DNA of 64,000 nucleotides from Bacillota bacterium (GCA_012518435.1 JAAYSG010000037.1:14895-78894), one strand, 5' to 3'. Counted from the stretch's first letter, positions 29,375 through 39,738 are shown. Numbers and translations: made by a program. Notes: a model not told the origin generated them from the sequence alone.

Positions 29375-30814
29375 CTATTGCCCCGTCCCGCCCACTATCA
29401 ACTGCTTAATTAGTATCGTCGGTTGGGCATCAGAAACTGGCACCCCCTGTCCCTCCTTGCCACAGGTGCCGATGGCAAAACCCAGGTCGCTACCCACCAA
29501 TTCAATTTCCCGCAGGGCCTCTGGCCCATTGCCCGTCAGGGTGGCACCCCGGACAGGGATGGTGATCCGGCCATTTTCAATGAGGTAGGCCTCGGATACG
29601 TCAAAGACAAAATCACCGGTGGTGGGGTTTACCTGACCACCACCCATCTTTTTGACCAAGAGGCCCTTCTTGGTCTGGGCAATTATTTCCCCTGGGTCTG
29701 TATTCCCAGGAGCAATATAGGTATTGGTCATGCGGGGAATGGGACGGTGGGCAAAGGATTGGCGCCTGCCATTGCCCGTTAAAGGGTGTCCATCCTGGCG
29801 GGCACTCAGGCGATCGTACATATATGAGGTGAGAATCCCATCCTTGATAAGAACATTGCGCCCCGAGGGTGTACCCTCATCATCAAAGCTAAAGGAACCA
29901 TACTTATTGGGCAAGGTTCCATCATCAATAATAGTAACAATTTCGGCAGCGACCCTTTCCTTTAATTTGCCTGTATAAACAGAGAGGTCCTTCTGAACCA
30001 AATCCGCCTCCAAACCATGGCCACAAGCCTCATGCACCATGGTACCCCCCGCCTCCGCCGCCATCACCACCGGCATCCTCCCCGAAGGAGCTGGTTTAGC
30101 CCCCAGCATTAATAGCGCCTGGCGGGCGGCAATTTCGGCCAGTCGTTCTGGCTCATCCCCCCTCACCAGCTCAAACCCCGTTAGGCCGCCTATGGCCTCA
30201 TAACCGGTCTGAATTAGGCTCCCCTCCTGGGCCACAACATGCACAACAAAACGGGTGCGAACCCGCTCATCCTCAACTAAATCACCCATGCTGTTGGCCA
30301 CCTGAATCCTCTGTACCACATCACCATAGCTGACCATGACCTGGGCAATTCGCTCATCAAGCGCCCGGGCACTCCTATTGCCCTTTATTACAGCCTCCAC
30401 CTTTTCATCGATGGGTACATCCTCTGGCTGGCGTAATATTTCAAATACTGTCCTGGGTTTTTGGCGACAAAGATCAACCACCGTGGTTCCCTTAACCTTG
30501 TCACTGGCTGCCTTACTTGCCACATGGGCAGCCTTCTTAACTGCAGAAAGGTTGAGGTCATTGGTGTATACATAGGCGGTTGATTGACCCGAAAGCACCC
30601 GGATACCAACACCGGCTTCCAAACCGGAATTAACCCTTTCGATTAAATCATCTTCACATACCACAGAATTGCTCACCTTTTCCTCCGTAAAAACATCCGC
30701 AAAGTCACCGCCCTCCTGCAGGGCTACGGCCAATATCTCCTGGAGCTCCCCCACGGTAAACAAAAAAACCACCTCCACTACTTTCTCCTGGTAAAAATAC
30801 CCGTCCGAATACAA
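29375..30814 (-). CDS. tldD: TldD metallopeptidase
   Basis: 479 aa with an HEACGHGLEAD metal-binding motif. Confidence 0.85.
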   Translation of the reverse strand: MYSDGYFYQEKVVEVVFLFTVGELQEILAVALQEGGDFADVFTEEKVSNSVVCEDDLIERVNSGLEAGVGIRVLSGQSTAYVYTNDLNLSAVKKAAHVASKAASDKVKGTTVVDLCRQKPRTVFEILRQPEDVPIDEKVEAVIKGNRSARALDERIAQVMVSYGDVVQRIQVANSMGDLVEDERVRTRFVVHVVAQEGSLIQTGYEAIGGLTGFELVRGDEPERLAEIAARQALLMLGAKPAPSGRMPVVMAAEAGGTMVHEACGHGLEADLVQKDLSVYTGKLKERVAAEIVTIIDDGTLPNKYGSFSFDDEGTPSGRNVLIKDGILTSYMYDRLSARQDGHPLTGNGRRQSFAHRPIPRMTNTYIAPGNTDPGEIIAQTKKGLLVKKMGGGQVNPTTGDFVFDVSEAYLIENGRITIPVRGATLTGNGPEALREIELVGSDLGFAIGTCGKEGQGVPVSDAQPTILIKQLIVGGTGQ

Positions 30815-30858
30815 CTATTATAACCCATTTCCGGCCAATTAACCTCCCCCAGGCCCGC

Positions 30859-31443
30859 CTAATCCTCCCCCGCGGGATGGGGAAGGGAGAAAACCTCCAG
30901 GGATATATCCGCCTCCACCCCTTCAGTACCGGCAGGCAAAAATAAATCGAGGGCCTGGAGCCTGACAAAGCGAGGAAACTCCGCCAGTAATTCCAAAAAA
31001 CCGGCAATATCCCCGTAGCCGCCCCTCACCCCTATTTGCAAGGAATAAACCGTTAGTTTACCCTCTTCCCTTGTTTCATTCCACTCTAGGAATTGCAAAG
31101 CCAAATCATTAGCCGAAAGGGCCTCGGCCAAAAATAAAAGCAGGGTCGGCTCCGACTTATCGTGGGGAAGTAAATTCACCAGTTCCCGGTAAGATTCATC
31201 CACCTGCCCATAGGTCGCCGCCATATTTCCCTCCTCGACCAGCAGCCCTTTATTCTTGGCAAGGATTTCTTCCTCCTCCCGCACCGCAGCCTGCAAGCTG
31301 TTGAGCTGGGTCCTGAGGGGCCGATAAAGGAAATGATGACCACCAACGGCAAGGAGGACCAGCAACAATGAGAGTAAAAGGTATTTTTCCCTTTTCGTCA
31401 GGGCGGCGTTCAACACCTTCCCTTCCCCCCCGTCCTTACCCAT
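30859..31443 (-). CDS. pilO: Type IV pilus assembly protein PilO
   Basis: N-terminal transmembrane helix, a coiled coil and a periplasmic domain, immediately after pilM and pilN. Confidence 0.6.
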   Translation of the reverse strand: MGKDGGEGKVLNAALTKREKYLLLSLLLVLLAVGGHHFLYRPLRTQLNSLQAAVREEEEILAKNKGLLVEEGNMAATYGQVDESYRELVNLLPHDKSEPTLLLFLAEALSANDLALQFLEWNETREEGKLTVYSLQIGVRGGYGDIAGFLELLAEFPRFVRLQALDLFLPAGTEGVEADISLEVFSLPHPAGED

Positions 31444-31955
31444 CCTTGGATATCAAAGGTCCAGCCACCCTCTTTATCCACCTGCAAATAATTAAGGTCC
31501 ACAGTTGCCAAACTTGGCAGAGCAGTTAATTTGGACAAAAATGTGGCCAGAGCGGGGAGCCCCGTTACCCTACCCTCCAGGACTACCCCCCCATCCGCCG
31601 CGAAGGATATTCTCCTGAGGGTAATTCCTTGCAAATCAAGGCCCCTAATTTCCCGCAAAAGGGCTGGCCAGGGGAGGCGGGTCCCTTCCAATTCTGCCAG
31701 GACTTCCCGCCGCTCCTCAAGGACAAGCATCTTTTTTTCTAATTCCCGGGCCCGCTCCAAGTTAGGGAGTTGATTATGCTCAAACTGCAGTTCCCTTAGC
31801 CGGGCCCGGTAAGCCCCTAGCCGTATGTGGGAAGCAATTAGGCAAATTCCCAAGAGGCAGATGACAATTGCCCCTGCTACCATAGCCAACCTTTGCCGCC
31901 TTTTACCCCGGCGCTGCAAGTTGTAATCGGCAGGCAAAAGGTTAATACCCGCCAT
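31410..31955 (-). CDS. pilN: Type IV pilus assembly protein PilN
   Basis: 181 aa; MAGINLLP... N-terminus followed by a transmembrane helix. Confidence 0.65.
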   Translation of the reverse strand: MAGINLLPADYNLQRRGKRRQRLAMVAGAIVICLLGICLIASHIRLGAYRARLRELQFEHNQLPNLERARELEKKMLVLEERREVLAELEGTRLPWPALLREIRGLDLQGITLRRISFAADGGVVLEGRVTGLPALATFLSKLTALPSLATVDLNYLQVDKEGGWTFDIQGWVRTGGKGRC

Positions 31956-32895
31956 TGGCCACCACCCCCCGCAGACCTAAGCCGATGGCTGCGGCAAACA
32001 AGAACCTTTCTTCCTCAGGTATTTCCGCAAGCCAGGTCAATTTTGTTTTGCCCAAGCCAGCCCACTGGGCCGGTAGGCCAAGTCCAGCGGCAAGTTCCTT
32101 TAGAAGGGAACAATTATCTATTTCCTTGTCGGAGTAAAGGACCAGCCGTTGGGGGGCATCACCCAGGCCATGGGCCTGATAATATTGTAGGGTACTTTTA
32201 CATTCCTGGAGGAGCTCCCCCCTGGTAACAGACAAAGGGGAGCCTTTCCTGACCGGGATCTCCCAAGGGACAACCCTAATAAATGGTATTTTCCCCGGGG
32301 TAGAAATAATAAATGTTATGTATTTGTACTCAATTAAAACGTATAGGGAGACCACTTCCCCCTGGTCCACTGTCCTAAGCAGGGCCAGTGGTTTCGGTTC
32401 CAAAACCTTGGCTTCCAAACCTGATAGGGTCAAACCCTTGAGATAACCCGCGACAATTTCCTTCTCTACCGCAATAAGGAGGTGCTTTCCCAGCCTGGTT
32501 TCTGAAGCCTTTCCATTCCCCGGGGAAAGACAGGCAAAGACCGCCTCCTGGGCGGAAAAGGGCAAGTAGTCCTCCAGCTCCCATTCCAGGGCTTTTTTTA
32601 ATTCCTCCTGGGGAATAATGGGCATGGTAAGCATGCGGTAGTATACCCGGGGGCCACTTAGGGCAAGCAAAACCGGTTTCTTTTTCCCCAACCCCACCTT
32701 GCGCCAAAGTTCCCCAAGGGCCTTCGCCAGTAAGGGGGGATCCACTATGGCACCTGCAGAATAGGCCCGCGGTGGTGTTTCTATCAGCCCAGCCTTGACA
32801 ACCTGGATCTGGGAGGACCTAAGCCGAAGTTTTACAACCTTTATGCTGGCCCCCCCAATATCAACGCCAATATGACTCCTGCGAAAAATTCCCAT
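31942..32895 (-). CDS. pilM: Type IV pilus assembly ATPase-like protein PilM
   Basis: Actin-like ATPase fold with HIGVDIGGASIKVV at the N-terminus. Confidence 0.8.
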   Translation of the reverse strand: MGIFRRSHIGVDIGGASIKVVKLRLRSSQIQVVKAGLIETPPRAYSAGAIVDPPLLAKALGELWRKVGLGKKKPVLLALSGPRVYYRMLTMPIIPQEELKKALEWELEDYLPFSAQEAVFACLSPGNGKASETRLGKHLLIAVEKEIVAGYLKGLTLSGLEAKVLEPKPLALLRTVDQGEVVSLYVLIEYKYITFIISTPGKIPFIRVVPWEIPVRKGSPLSVTRGELLQECKSTLQYYQAHGLGDAPQRLVLYSDKEIDNCSLLKELAAGLGLPAQWAGLGKTKLTWLAEIPEEERFLFAAAIGLGLRGVVANGGY

Positions 32896-32934
32896 CCCTT
32901 CGTTCGCCTTCCCTTCCCACAGCGGCCTCCGGCC

Positions 32935-33249
32935 TCAATGGCGAGGGTTATCCGCCACCTTCTCCACTGCCCGCATGATGGCCATGAGGACGTCAGCTTC
33001 AAACTGACATTCCAATTGGGATACCTTGGCAAAGACTTGCCCCCGGTCAGTTACTATATAACGGGGTGGAAGCTCATTGAGGGCCAGGGCAGCCATGTCC
33101 ATCTTGCATTTTTCACAACCGCATATACCAGGATTATCCGCCAAAAATCTATCCAGGGCGCGCCTTACCACCTCTTCCATGTAATTCTTTAACTTCGCCA
33201 TTCTTCTACCCCCTTCATAATTGTTTCCCCATAACCATTTGCTTGGCAA
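32935..33249 (-). CDS. comFB: ComFB-like late competence protein
   Basis: About 90 aa with a CGCEKCKMDMAALALNELPPRY motif typical of the ComFB family. Confidence 0.55.
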   Translation of the reverse strand: MPSKWLWGNNYEGGRRMAKLKNYMEEVVRRALDRFLADNPGICGCEKCKMDMAALALNELPPRYIVTDRGQVFAKVSQLECQFEADVLMAIMRAVEKVADNPRH

Positions 33250-34260
33250 CTATTGGATCAGATAGGACCTCGTCACACGGTACCACATCTTTTCCAACAC
33301 CAAGGTGGGTGGTAGGTTGTGGAGCAATTCATCCTCCTTCCCACCGTGTCCCCCTATCTTTATCCCACCCCCCAGTTCAACCCCTCCACCAGACCAAACC
33401 TTGCCGCTAATATACCCATCTTCGCCACCTATGCAACAAAACATTCCGGGGGTATACAACAAACCCTTCACCCTTGTAATTCCGGTCAAAAAGATCCCCT
33501 GGGCGGCCATAATAACAAAATTCCCTTCCAAAGCAGCATCCCCCGAAACTACCAAGCTGCCGGTTATCATAAGGACTGCACTGCCGGCAATGCCGTCCCC
33601 TTCCTCTGTTAGTTCAACATCCCCGTCAACATAAATAAAACCTTCCAGTTCCCTTTGTCCAGCTAATTCATCCGGTCTTAGACTCTGCCCCTTTAACTCC
33701 CGCCGGTATAATTCCCAGTCAGCCATTGGGGGAAAGGTGAAATCCTCCATTTTCAGGGAAATATCCATGCCCTGGGGGATCTGGGCCTCCCCGCTGCACA
33801 AAACCCCTCCCTCTACCCGGGGGAATCCCTCCAAACCGGGCGGCAAAATAACATGGAAGTCACCCGCACACATAATTGTCTCCCCAATGGCAATGAGAGG
33901 CCTATGGTCAACCAGCTGAAAACGGGTTGCCAGGCTTCTTTGTACACCTTCCTTCATCCCCCGGGAGGTGACCCTTAAATAATCACCTTCCTCAACTATA
34001 CTAACCTCCGTCTCCCCTCCCCCATCCCACTTGATCCTGAAACCCTCCCTATGGTGGGGCTCCAGGGCCAGGAGGGCGGCCATCTTTTCCAGCCCAGCCT
34101 CGGCCAAGTAAAAGGCCGCCGTGCTGCGATATTGATAAAAAGCCATGCGGGTTTCAACCTGGGCCATTGTTAAGAGGCCAGTACTGAGCAGTGTTACCAC
34201 CAGCAACACCAGCAGGGTAAATATTAGGGCACTCCCCCCTTCCCCTTCTAACACCTTCAC
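33250..34260 (-). CDS. PilX-like minor pilin / pilus-associated protein with a Gly-rich beta-helix-like C-terminus
   Basis: N-terminal hydrophobic pilin-like segment (ALIFTLLVLLVVTLLSTGLL) and a C-terminal half rich in G/V repeats. Confidence 0.45.
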   Translation of the reverse strand: MKVLEGEGGSALIFTLLVLLVVTLLSTGLLTMAQVETRMAFYQYRSTAAFYLAEAGLEKMAALLALEPHHREGFRIKWDGGGETEVSIVEEGDYLRVTSRGMKEGVQRSLATRFQLVDHRPLIAIGETIMCAGDFHVILPPGLEGFPRVEGGVLCSGEAQIPQGMDISLKMEDFTFPPMADWELYRRELKGQSLRPDELAGQRELEGFIYVDGDVELTEEGDGIAGSAVLMITGSLVVSGDAALEGNFVIMAAQGIFLTGITRVKGLLYTPGMFCCIGGEDGYISGKVWSGGGVELGGGIKIGGHGGKEDELLHNLPPTLVLEKMWYRVTRSYLIQ

Positions 34261-34264
34261 CCCT

Positions 34265-34828
34265 TCAACCTCCCTTCCGGAGGTTTCGTAAATAGGCAGA
34301 TGTCACCATCTTTGCTCTAGCCCCTTCTTTTACAGCCTCCACGCTGATCTCCAACAGACCTTCCGAACCTGCCGGGGCTTTAAATTGCACCTGGTCAATA
34401 TACAGGGCAATGGGGTTGTGTCCTCCGGTGTCACGGATAAGGGAATTACCCTGTAGATAGTAACGCACCGATAATATCGGTTCCCCCGCTGTTAACTGGG
34501 GAATCCCCAAACTCACTTCCCCACCATTTTTTAGCTCACAGGTACCACCTGCGCTTAAATCCCGCCAAGTTTTATCAAGGGGAGTGCGATATTTCAAGGA
34601 TAAGGTCTGCTGCAGATCAGGTACCAACTCCGCCAAGACTACCCGGACCTGTTGCTGGACCTCTGTTTGATCATTATTTCGCCTCCACAGGCTTACAGTT
34701 GTCGTATAATATAGAGCAATGGTAGCAAAAACCATACTCAAGAGGGCAGCCGCGATTATCGTTTCCAGGAGGGCAAACCCCTTTTCCCCCTCCCCCGCAA
34801 GCCCTTTTATCACCTTTTTCGACAGCAC
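34265..34828 (-). CDS. Prepilin-type minor pilin (PilW/GspJ-like)
   Basis: Prepilin-like N-terminus: KGFALLETIIAAALLSMV. Confidence 0.5.
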   Translation of the reverse strand: MLSKKVIKGLAGEGEKGFALLETIIAAALLSMVFATIALYYTTTVSLWRRNNDQTEVQQQVRVVLAELVPDLQQTLSLKYRTPLDKTWRDLSAGGTCELKNGGEVSLGIPQLTAGEPILSVRYYLQGNSLIRDTGGHNPIALYIDQVQFKAPAGSEGLLEISVEAVKEGARAKMVTSAYLRNLRKGG

Positions 34829-35232
34829 TGCAGCCTAATCTCCTTTTCCTTTGCCCCCTCATCACCCCAACCAACAACTACAATAATGTTTTCGGTCCCA
34901 TCCCCGTTATCCTCTATCCGGGTGTTTATCCTATAATCAGCCGGCGCCTCTTGTGGCCTATTAAAACCGCCCAGAAGCCCTTCCATTTCCCCCTGGGCCA
35001 GGGATGTGGCAATGGCTATGCGTTCCCCTTCCCGGGTTGCCAAAAAGCCGGTGGTGAGACTGCCAATCAGGGGAAGCAAAATTATCGCCACCAGTACCAG
35101 CGCCACCAGCACTTCTATCAGGGTCATCCCCCTTTCCCCGGACAAGACCCCCATGATTTTACAGTTCCTTTGCCACCCGCACCCGGCCGGCACCGACGGT
35201 AACCATGACATACATCTTTTCTCCCCTTTCAT
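34810..35232 (-). CDS. Prepilin-type minor pilin (PilV/GspI-like)
   Basis: GMTLIEVLVALVLVAIILLP class III signal. The real start is probably the internal Met. Confidence 0.5.
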   Translation of the reverse strand: MKGEKRCMSWLPSVPAGCGWQRNCKIMGVLSGERGMTLIEVLVALVLVAIILLPLIGSLTTGFLATREGERIAIATSLAQGEMEGLLGGFNRPQEAPADYRINTRIEDNGDGTENIIVVVGWGDEGAKEKEIRLQCCRKR

Positions 35233-35725
35233 TTATCAGGGTTATGGTTCCTCCCCGGGAGGGAGCACCCGAGGGGTGAAAGGTAACCTCATTATTGGGA
35301 AAGGTTGTATGCTCTATTTTGACCCCGGTCGGAAGGGTAAAGGTAACCCTCTTTCCACTGGAGTCAACAATGAGACAATATTGTGACTTTAAGATAAATG
35401 TCAGCCAGAAGGATTCCTCCCGAACAACTGCCCGCTGTTGAGTCTGCCGAATTTCCCTGGCCAATTGCTGGGCGGCCTCCTCCAATAGAAACCTTCCCAA
35501 ACTCACTTCTAGGGCGGGCCAAGCAATGGTCGCCAAAATTGAAAGGAGTAGAAGGACAATTATTACCTCAATTAAAGTATAGCCGGCAGAAGCCATTTTC
35601 CCCTCCTTTTCCCATCCCTGCTGCCAAGCCAACGGGGGGTAATGGCTGCGGACCAGGTCCACCCCCACCCAGGCCAGCCTCAATACCAAAGCCGGAAATA
35701 CCAGGCAAGGAGCTGCCTCTCCCAA
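35159..35725 (-). CDS. GspH/FimT-like minor pseudopilin
   Basis: AGYTLIEVIIVLLLLSILATIAWP prepilin leader plus a GspH-like C-terminus. The real start is probably the internal Met. Confidence 0.5.
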   Translation of the reverse strand: MGEAAPCLVFPALVLRLAWVGVDLVRSHYPPLAWQQGWEKEGKMASAGYTLIEVIIVLLLLSILATIAWPALEVSLGRFLLEEAAQQLAREIRQTQQRAVVREESFWLTFILKSQYCLIVDSSGKRVTFTLPTGVKIEHTTFPNNEVTFHPSGAPSRGGTITLINERGEKMYVMVTVGAGRVRVAKEL

Positions 35726-36423
35726 AAAAGGCTAACAATGACAGCAGCGGCAATGTAGGGGGCAAAGGCCACCGTATCCCGCCTACCCTTGATCCCCAAG
35801 AAAAGCAGGCCCAGGGCCCCCATTCCACCCCCTAGAAAGGATAAAAAGAGAATTAAGGGCACCCGCCCTAGGCCCAGCCAGGCCCCCAGGGCCGCCATGA
35901 GTTTAATGTCCCCTCCCCCCATCCCCCCACGGCTGAGAAGGGCGATTGTCGTTAACACCCCGCCCCCCAGTAGGGCTCCGGCAACACTTTCCCATAGGGT
36001 ATTGGGGGGGAAAAGGGCCGAATAAAGGATCCCCATCCCCAGGGCCGGCAAAACAACGGCATCGGGAATAATACCCTCCTTTAAGTCAGTACAGGTTGCC
36101 ACCAGCACAAGGGCTGTAACAGCTGTAGCGGGGAAAAAATCAACGGGGGGAAGGGTAAAATAAAGGGTCGGCAGGAGGAGGCCCATCACCAGTTCCAAGA
36201 GGGGATAGCGGCGGGATATGAGTTTTTGGCAATGGCGGCAGCTTCCCCGCAAAATAATATAGCTCAGTAGGGGAACTAGATCCCGCCATTTCAGCCGCTG
36301 TCCACAGTATGGACAATGGGATGCGGGAAAGAGCAGTGATTCCCCCCGGGGGAGACGGTGGATGCAGACATTTAAAAAGCTGCCCAAAATTGTACCTACT
36401 ATGAAGAAAAAGAAATGCCCCAT
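35680..36423 (-). CDS. pilD: Prepilin peptidase / N-methyltransferase (A24 family)
   Basis: CxxC...CxxC zinc motif (HCPYCGQRL...CRHCQ) followed by polytopic membrane helices. Confidence 0.85.
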   Translation of the reverse strand: MGHFFFFIVGTILGSFLNVCIHRLPRGESLLFPASHCPYCGQRLKWRDLVPLLSYIILRGSCRHCQKLISRRYPLLELVMGLLLPTLYFTLPPVDFFPATAVTALVLVATCTDLKEGIIPDAVVLPALGMGILYSALFPPNTLWESVAGALLGGGVLTTIALLSRGGMGGGDIKLMAALGAWLGLGRVPLILFLSFLGGGMGALGLLFLGIKGRRDTVAFAPYIAAAVIVSLFWERQLLAWYFRLWY

Positions 36424-36447
36424 GGGAACAAGGCCCCCAAAAAGGGA

Positions 36448-36792
36448 TTAACCCTCATGGGTTTCTCCCCCATGATTACAGGAGACACTACCATCTCCCT
36501 GGATTGTATATTCTCCCCCAAGGGGACATTTGGGTTTTTCACGAAGATACTCGCCAATGTCCCCCAAATCCCCGGGGATATCCCCATCCTGAGCAGCCGA
36601 ATAGGCGGCAACGGCTGTCTCAATGGCCTTTATATTGGCTTCACAGGCCTGCCTTTTGGCCCGGGTGGTAAAGCCCGAGAGTTTAGGCACTGCGATGGCG
36701 GCAATAATACCAATAATAACCAGTACTATCATCACTTCCACCAGGGTAAAACCCCTTTGTTTCTTAACAAGGGCAATGCTTTTCCCCAGCAC
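36448..36792 (-). CDS. pilA: Type IV major pilin
   Basis: KKQRG|FTLVEVMIVLVIIGIIAAIAVP class III signal peptide; 114 aa. Confidence 0.75.
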   Translation of the reverse strand: MLGKSIALVKKQRGFTLVEVMIVLVIIGIIAAIAVPKLSGFTTRAKRQACEANIKAIETAVAAYSAAQDGDIPGDLGDIGEYLREKPKCPLGGEYTIQGDGSVSCNHGGETHEG

Positions 36793-36824
36793 AGCTCCAT
36801 CTCCTTCCCCAAGTCAAAGTAATT

Positions 36825-38042
36825 TTATCCCAAGACAGTTACCAAACTGATGAGGGGCAGCATGATGCTGATTACAATAAAACCCACGATTCCAGACACC
36901 AAAAGCACCAAGACCGGTTCCAAAAGGGAAGAAAAACGCGCCAGGATGAAGTCTACCTCCTGCTCATAATAGGCAGAAACCTGGACCAGCATCCTGGGGA
37001 GGGTTCCTGTTTTCTCCCCCGCTGTAACCATCTGGACCACCATGGGGGGAAAAATGGAATTAGCCGCGAAAAGGTCAGAGGGACTCAACCCCTTTTGCAC
37101 TCCTACTTCCACTTCCTTTAGGGCCTGGGTTATAACCCGGTTGCCCGCAGTGTTCTTTACCACGCTCAAGGCAGTCAGGAGGGGGACACCAGCGGCCAAC
37201 AAGGTTCCCGTGGTACGGCAAATTCGGGCCAGGTCAACCTGTAGCAGGACGGAACCCACCCCGGGCAAGGTCAGCAAGAGGCGATCCTTACAAAGGCTAC
37301 CTCCCTCCGTTTGGAGATACAGGTACAGCGCTAGCAATATTAGCAAGGTGCCCCCGACAAGCCAATACCAGCTTCCACTTATAAGCCGGCTGGCCCCCAG
37401 GAGTAGCCGGGTCGGCCAGGGCAGGGACAAGCCAGAAGCAAGAAAAAGGTTAGTAAAGCTGGGAAGAACAAAGGCCACTAGAAAAAAGACGGCGGCCAGG
37501 GAAACCAAGGTAACAACCCCCGGATAGGTTAGGGCCCCCCTTATCTTTTCCTGAAGCCTCTGTTCCCGCTCAAAGTAGTGGGCCATCCAGTCCAGGACAT
37601 CGTCTAATATTCCTCCCGTTTCCCCGGCCTTCACCATATGTACTAGGACAGGAGGGAAAATTCGGGGCTGCCTCCCCAGGGCCTCGGATAGCAAGCTGCC
37701 CCCACTTAAATCCCCTTCCAACACAGACACCGCCCGCCGCAGACGGGGGTTTGGGTGCTGTTCCTTTATGATCCTTAGGGTGGGCGCCAGTTCCAAACCA
37801 GCCGTCGACATGGTTGCCAGTTGGCGGCAGAACAGGGCCAGCTCGCCACTGGATCCCCCGCGCCGAAAGGGCAATCCACCACCCAGCCCAATACCCGGCC
37901 TCTGGGCTCTGATATCCGTTACAAGATAGCCCTTCTCCCTTAACCTGCTCACCGCTTGGTGAATACTGTCGGCCTCAATGGTACCCTTGATTCTTTTTCC
38001 CCTTTGGTTGCGGGCCCGATAGATGAAAGAAGGTGTCATCAT
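36825..38042 (-). CDS. pilC: Type IV pilus platform protein PilC (GspF family)
   Basis: Two GspF repeats; 405 aa. Confidence 0.85.
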   Translation of the reverse strand: MMTPSFIYRARNQRGKRIKGTIEADSIHQAVSRLREKGYLVTDIRAQRPGIGLGGGLPFRRGGSSGELALFCRQLATMSTAGLELAPTLRIIKEQHPNPRLRRAVSVLEGDLSGGSLLSEALGRQPRIFPPVLVHMVKAGETGGILDDVLDWMAHYFEREQRLQEKIRGALTYPGVVTLVSLAAVFFLVAFVLPSFTNLFLASGLSLPWPTRLLLGASRLISGSWYWLVGGTLLILLALYLYLQTEGGSLCKDRLLLTLPGVGSVLLQVDLARICRTTGTLLAAGVPLLTALSVVKNTAGNRVITQALKEVEVGVQKGLSPSDLFAANSIFPPMVVQMVTAGEKTGTLPRMLVQVSAYYEQEVDFILARFSSLLEPVLVLLVSGIVGFIVISIMLPLISLVTVLG

Positions 38043-38077
38043 AAAATAATCCCTTCAAAATTTTGGCCCCCCTCCCC

Positions 38078-39610
38078 CTAGGAGGCCACACGCAAGACCT
38101 CCTCCAAGGTGGTTTTACCCGCCAGTACTTTACTAAAGCCATCTTCAAGGAGGGAAACCAGGCCTGCCTTCCTGGCTGTGGTGCGCAGGGCCTCCCTGGG
38201 GGCCTTGCGCAAGATTAGTTGTTCCAGTTCTTGGTCCATTATTAGGGCCTCGTGGATGGCCATCCGCCCCCGATAGCCGGTGTAATTGCAATGCTTACAC
38301 CCCTGACCCCGATAGAGGGTTAGGGGTGCCTGATCTTCAACACCCAAGGTTACCCTCACCCTGTCTCCGGGGGCAATTTCCCGGGGACTACGGCAATGGG
38401 AACAGATTAGCCGAACCAACCGCTGGGCAATAATGCCCACAACGGAGGAAGCAATTAGGTATGGCTCAACCCCCATATCCAAAAGGCGGGTTAAGGCCCC
38501 GGTGGCATCGTTGGTATGAAGGGTACTGAGAATTAAATGTCCGGTGAGGGCGGAACGCACAGCAATATCAGCTGTTTCCCCATCCCGTATTTCCCCCACC
38601 ATAATAATGTCGGGATCCTGGCGCAAAATAGAGCGCAGGCCCCGGGCAAAGGTTAAACCAGCCTTGGTATTTATCTGCACCTGGTTTACGCCCCGTAAAC
38701 GGTATTCAATGGGGTCTTCTATGGTTACAATATTATGGCTAGCAACGTTAAGCTCCCGCAGGGCAGAGTAAAGGGTGGTGGTCTTGCCCGAACCCGTTGG
38801 GCCGGTAACCAAAACCATGCCATGGGAGCGCTGGATCATATTCTTAAATTTCTGGAGGTTGAACTGGGAAAAACCCAGTTGGTCGAAATGCAAAGGAAGG
38901 CTAGCACTATCCAGGAGGCGGATGACCATTTTTTCCCCCATCACGGTCGGGAGGGTAGAAACCCGCATGTCTAATTCCTTACCACCCAGTTGTATTCGTA
39001 TGCGTCCATCCTGGGGCAGGCGCCTTTCTGCAATATCCATGCCGGCCATGATCTTAATGCGGGTTAGGATGGGGGCATAAACATAGCCCGGTAGGCAAAG
39101 GGCCTCCAAAAGGACCCCATCAACCCGATAACGAATGCGCAGATTTTTCTCCTGGATTTCCAGGTGAATATCACTGGCCCCCTCGCCGGCCGCTTGGGCA
39201 AAGAGGGAATTAACAGCTTGGACAACAGGAGCCCCGGCCACAATATCCCTTAAATCCTCCGGAGAAAGGATGCCATCCTCCATATAGGCTTCCCGTTCTT
39301 CCCGGAAAACCTCGACAACCCTATCCATTTCCTCCCGGACCCCAAAATGCCAGCTGAGTATCTGGTTAAATTCTTCCTCACCGATGATAACGGGCCGGAC
39401 CCTGGCCCCCGTCAGCAAATAAATTTCATCCCTGGCTATTACATTGAGGGGATCAACCATTCCCAGGGTAATCTCATCCCCTTTTCTTTCTATGGGTATC
39501 ACCCGATGCTGCCGTACCGTTGAGTAAGGGACACTATGTAAAAGATCCAGATCAATATTATATTCATAAAGATTGACACGGGGGATATCCCCCCAACCCT
39601 TTCTCCCCAT
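38078..39610 (-). CDS. pilB: Type IV pilus assembly ATPase PilB (GspE family)
   Basis: Walker A motif GPTGSGKTTT, Asp and His boxes and a C-terminal tetracysteine motif. Confidence 0.9.
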   Translation of the reverse strand: MGRKGWGDIPRVNLYEYNIDLDLLHSVPYSTVRQHRVIPIERKGDEITLGMVDPLNVIARDEIYLLTGARVRPVIIGEEEFNQILSWHFGVREEMDRVVEVFREEREAYMEDGILSPEDLRDIVAGAPVVQAVNSLFAQAAGEGASDIHLEIQEKNLRIRYRVDGVLLEALCLPGYVYAPILTRIKIMAGMDIAERRLPQDGRIRIQLGGKELDMRVSTLPTVMGEKMVIRLLDSASLPLHFDQLGFSQFNLQKFKNMIQRSHGMVLVTGPTGSGKTTTLYSALRELNVASHNIVTIEDPIEYRLRGVNQVQINTKAGLTFARGLRSILRQDPDIIMVGEIRDGETADIAVRSALTGHLILSTLHTNDATGALTRLLDMGVEPYLIASSVVGIIAQRLVRLICSHCRSPREIAPGDRVRVTLGVEDQAPLTLYRGQGCKHCNYTGYRGRMAIHEALIMDQELEQLILRKAPREALRTTARKAGLVSLLEDGFSKVLAGKTTLEEVLRVAS

Positions 39611-39699
39611 TCCCCACTTTTCCCCCAGAACCTTTTCATATAATGCTAAATTTCCACATAAGGCTGTTTTTTCCTGCTAAAAGATGCATAAATTTAAGG

Positions 39700-39731
39700 G
39701 GCCTATGATTTTCCCAAATCACAGGCCCCCC
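39700..39731 (-). terminator. Candidate terminator downstream of yqeG
   Basis: On the minus strand, GGGGCCUGUGAUUUGGGAAAAUCAUAGGCCCC followed by a U-rich tract. Confidence 0.35.
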
Positions 39732-39738
39732 GGGCAAT

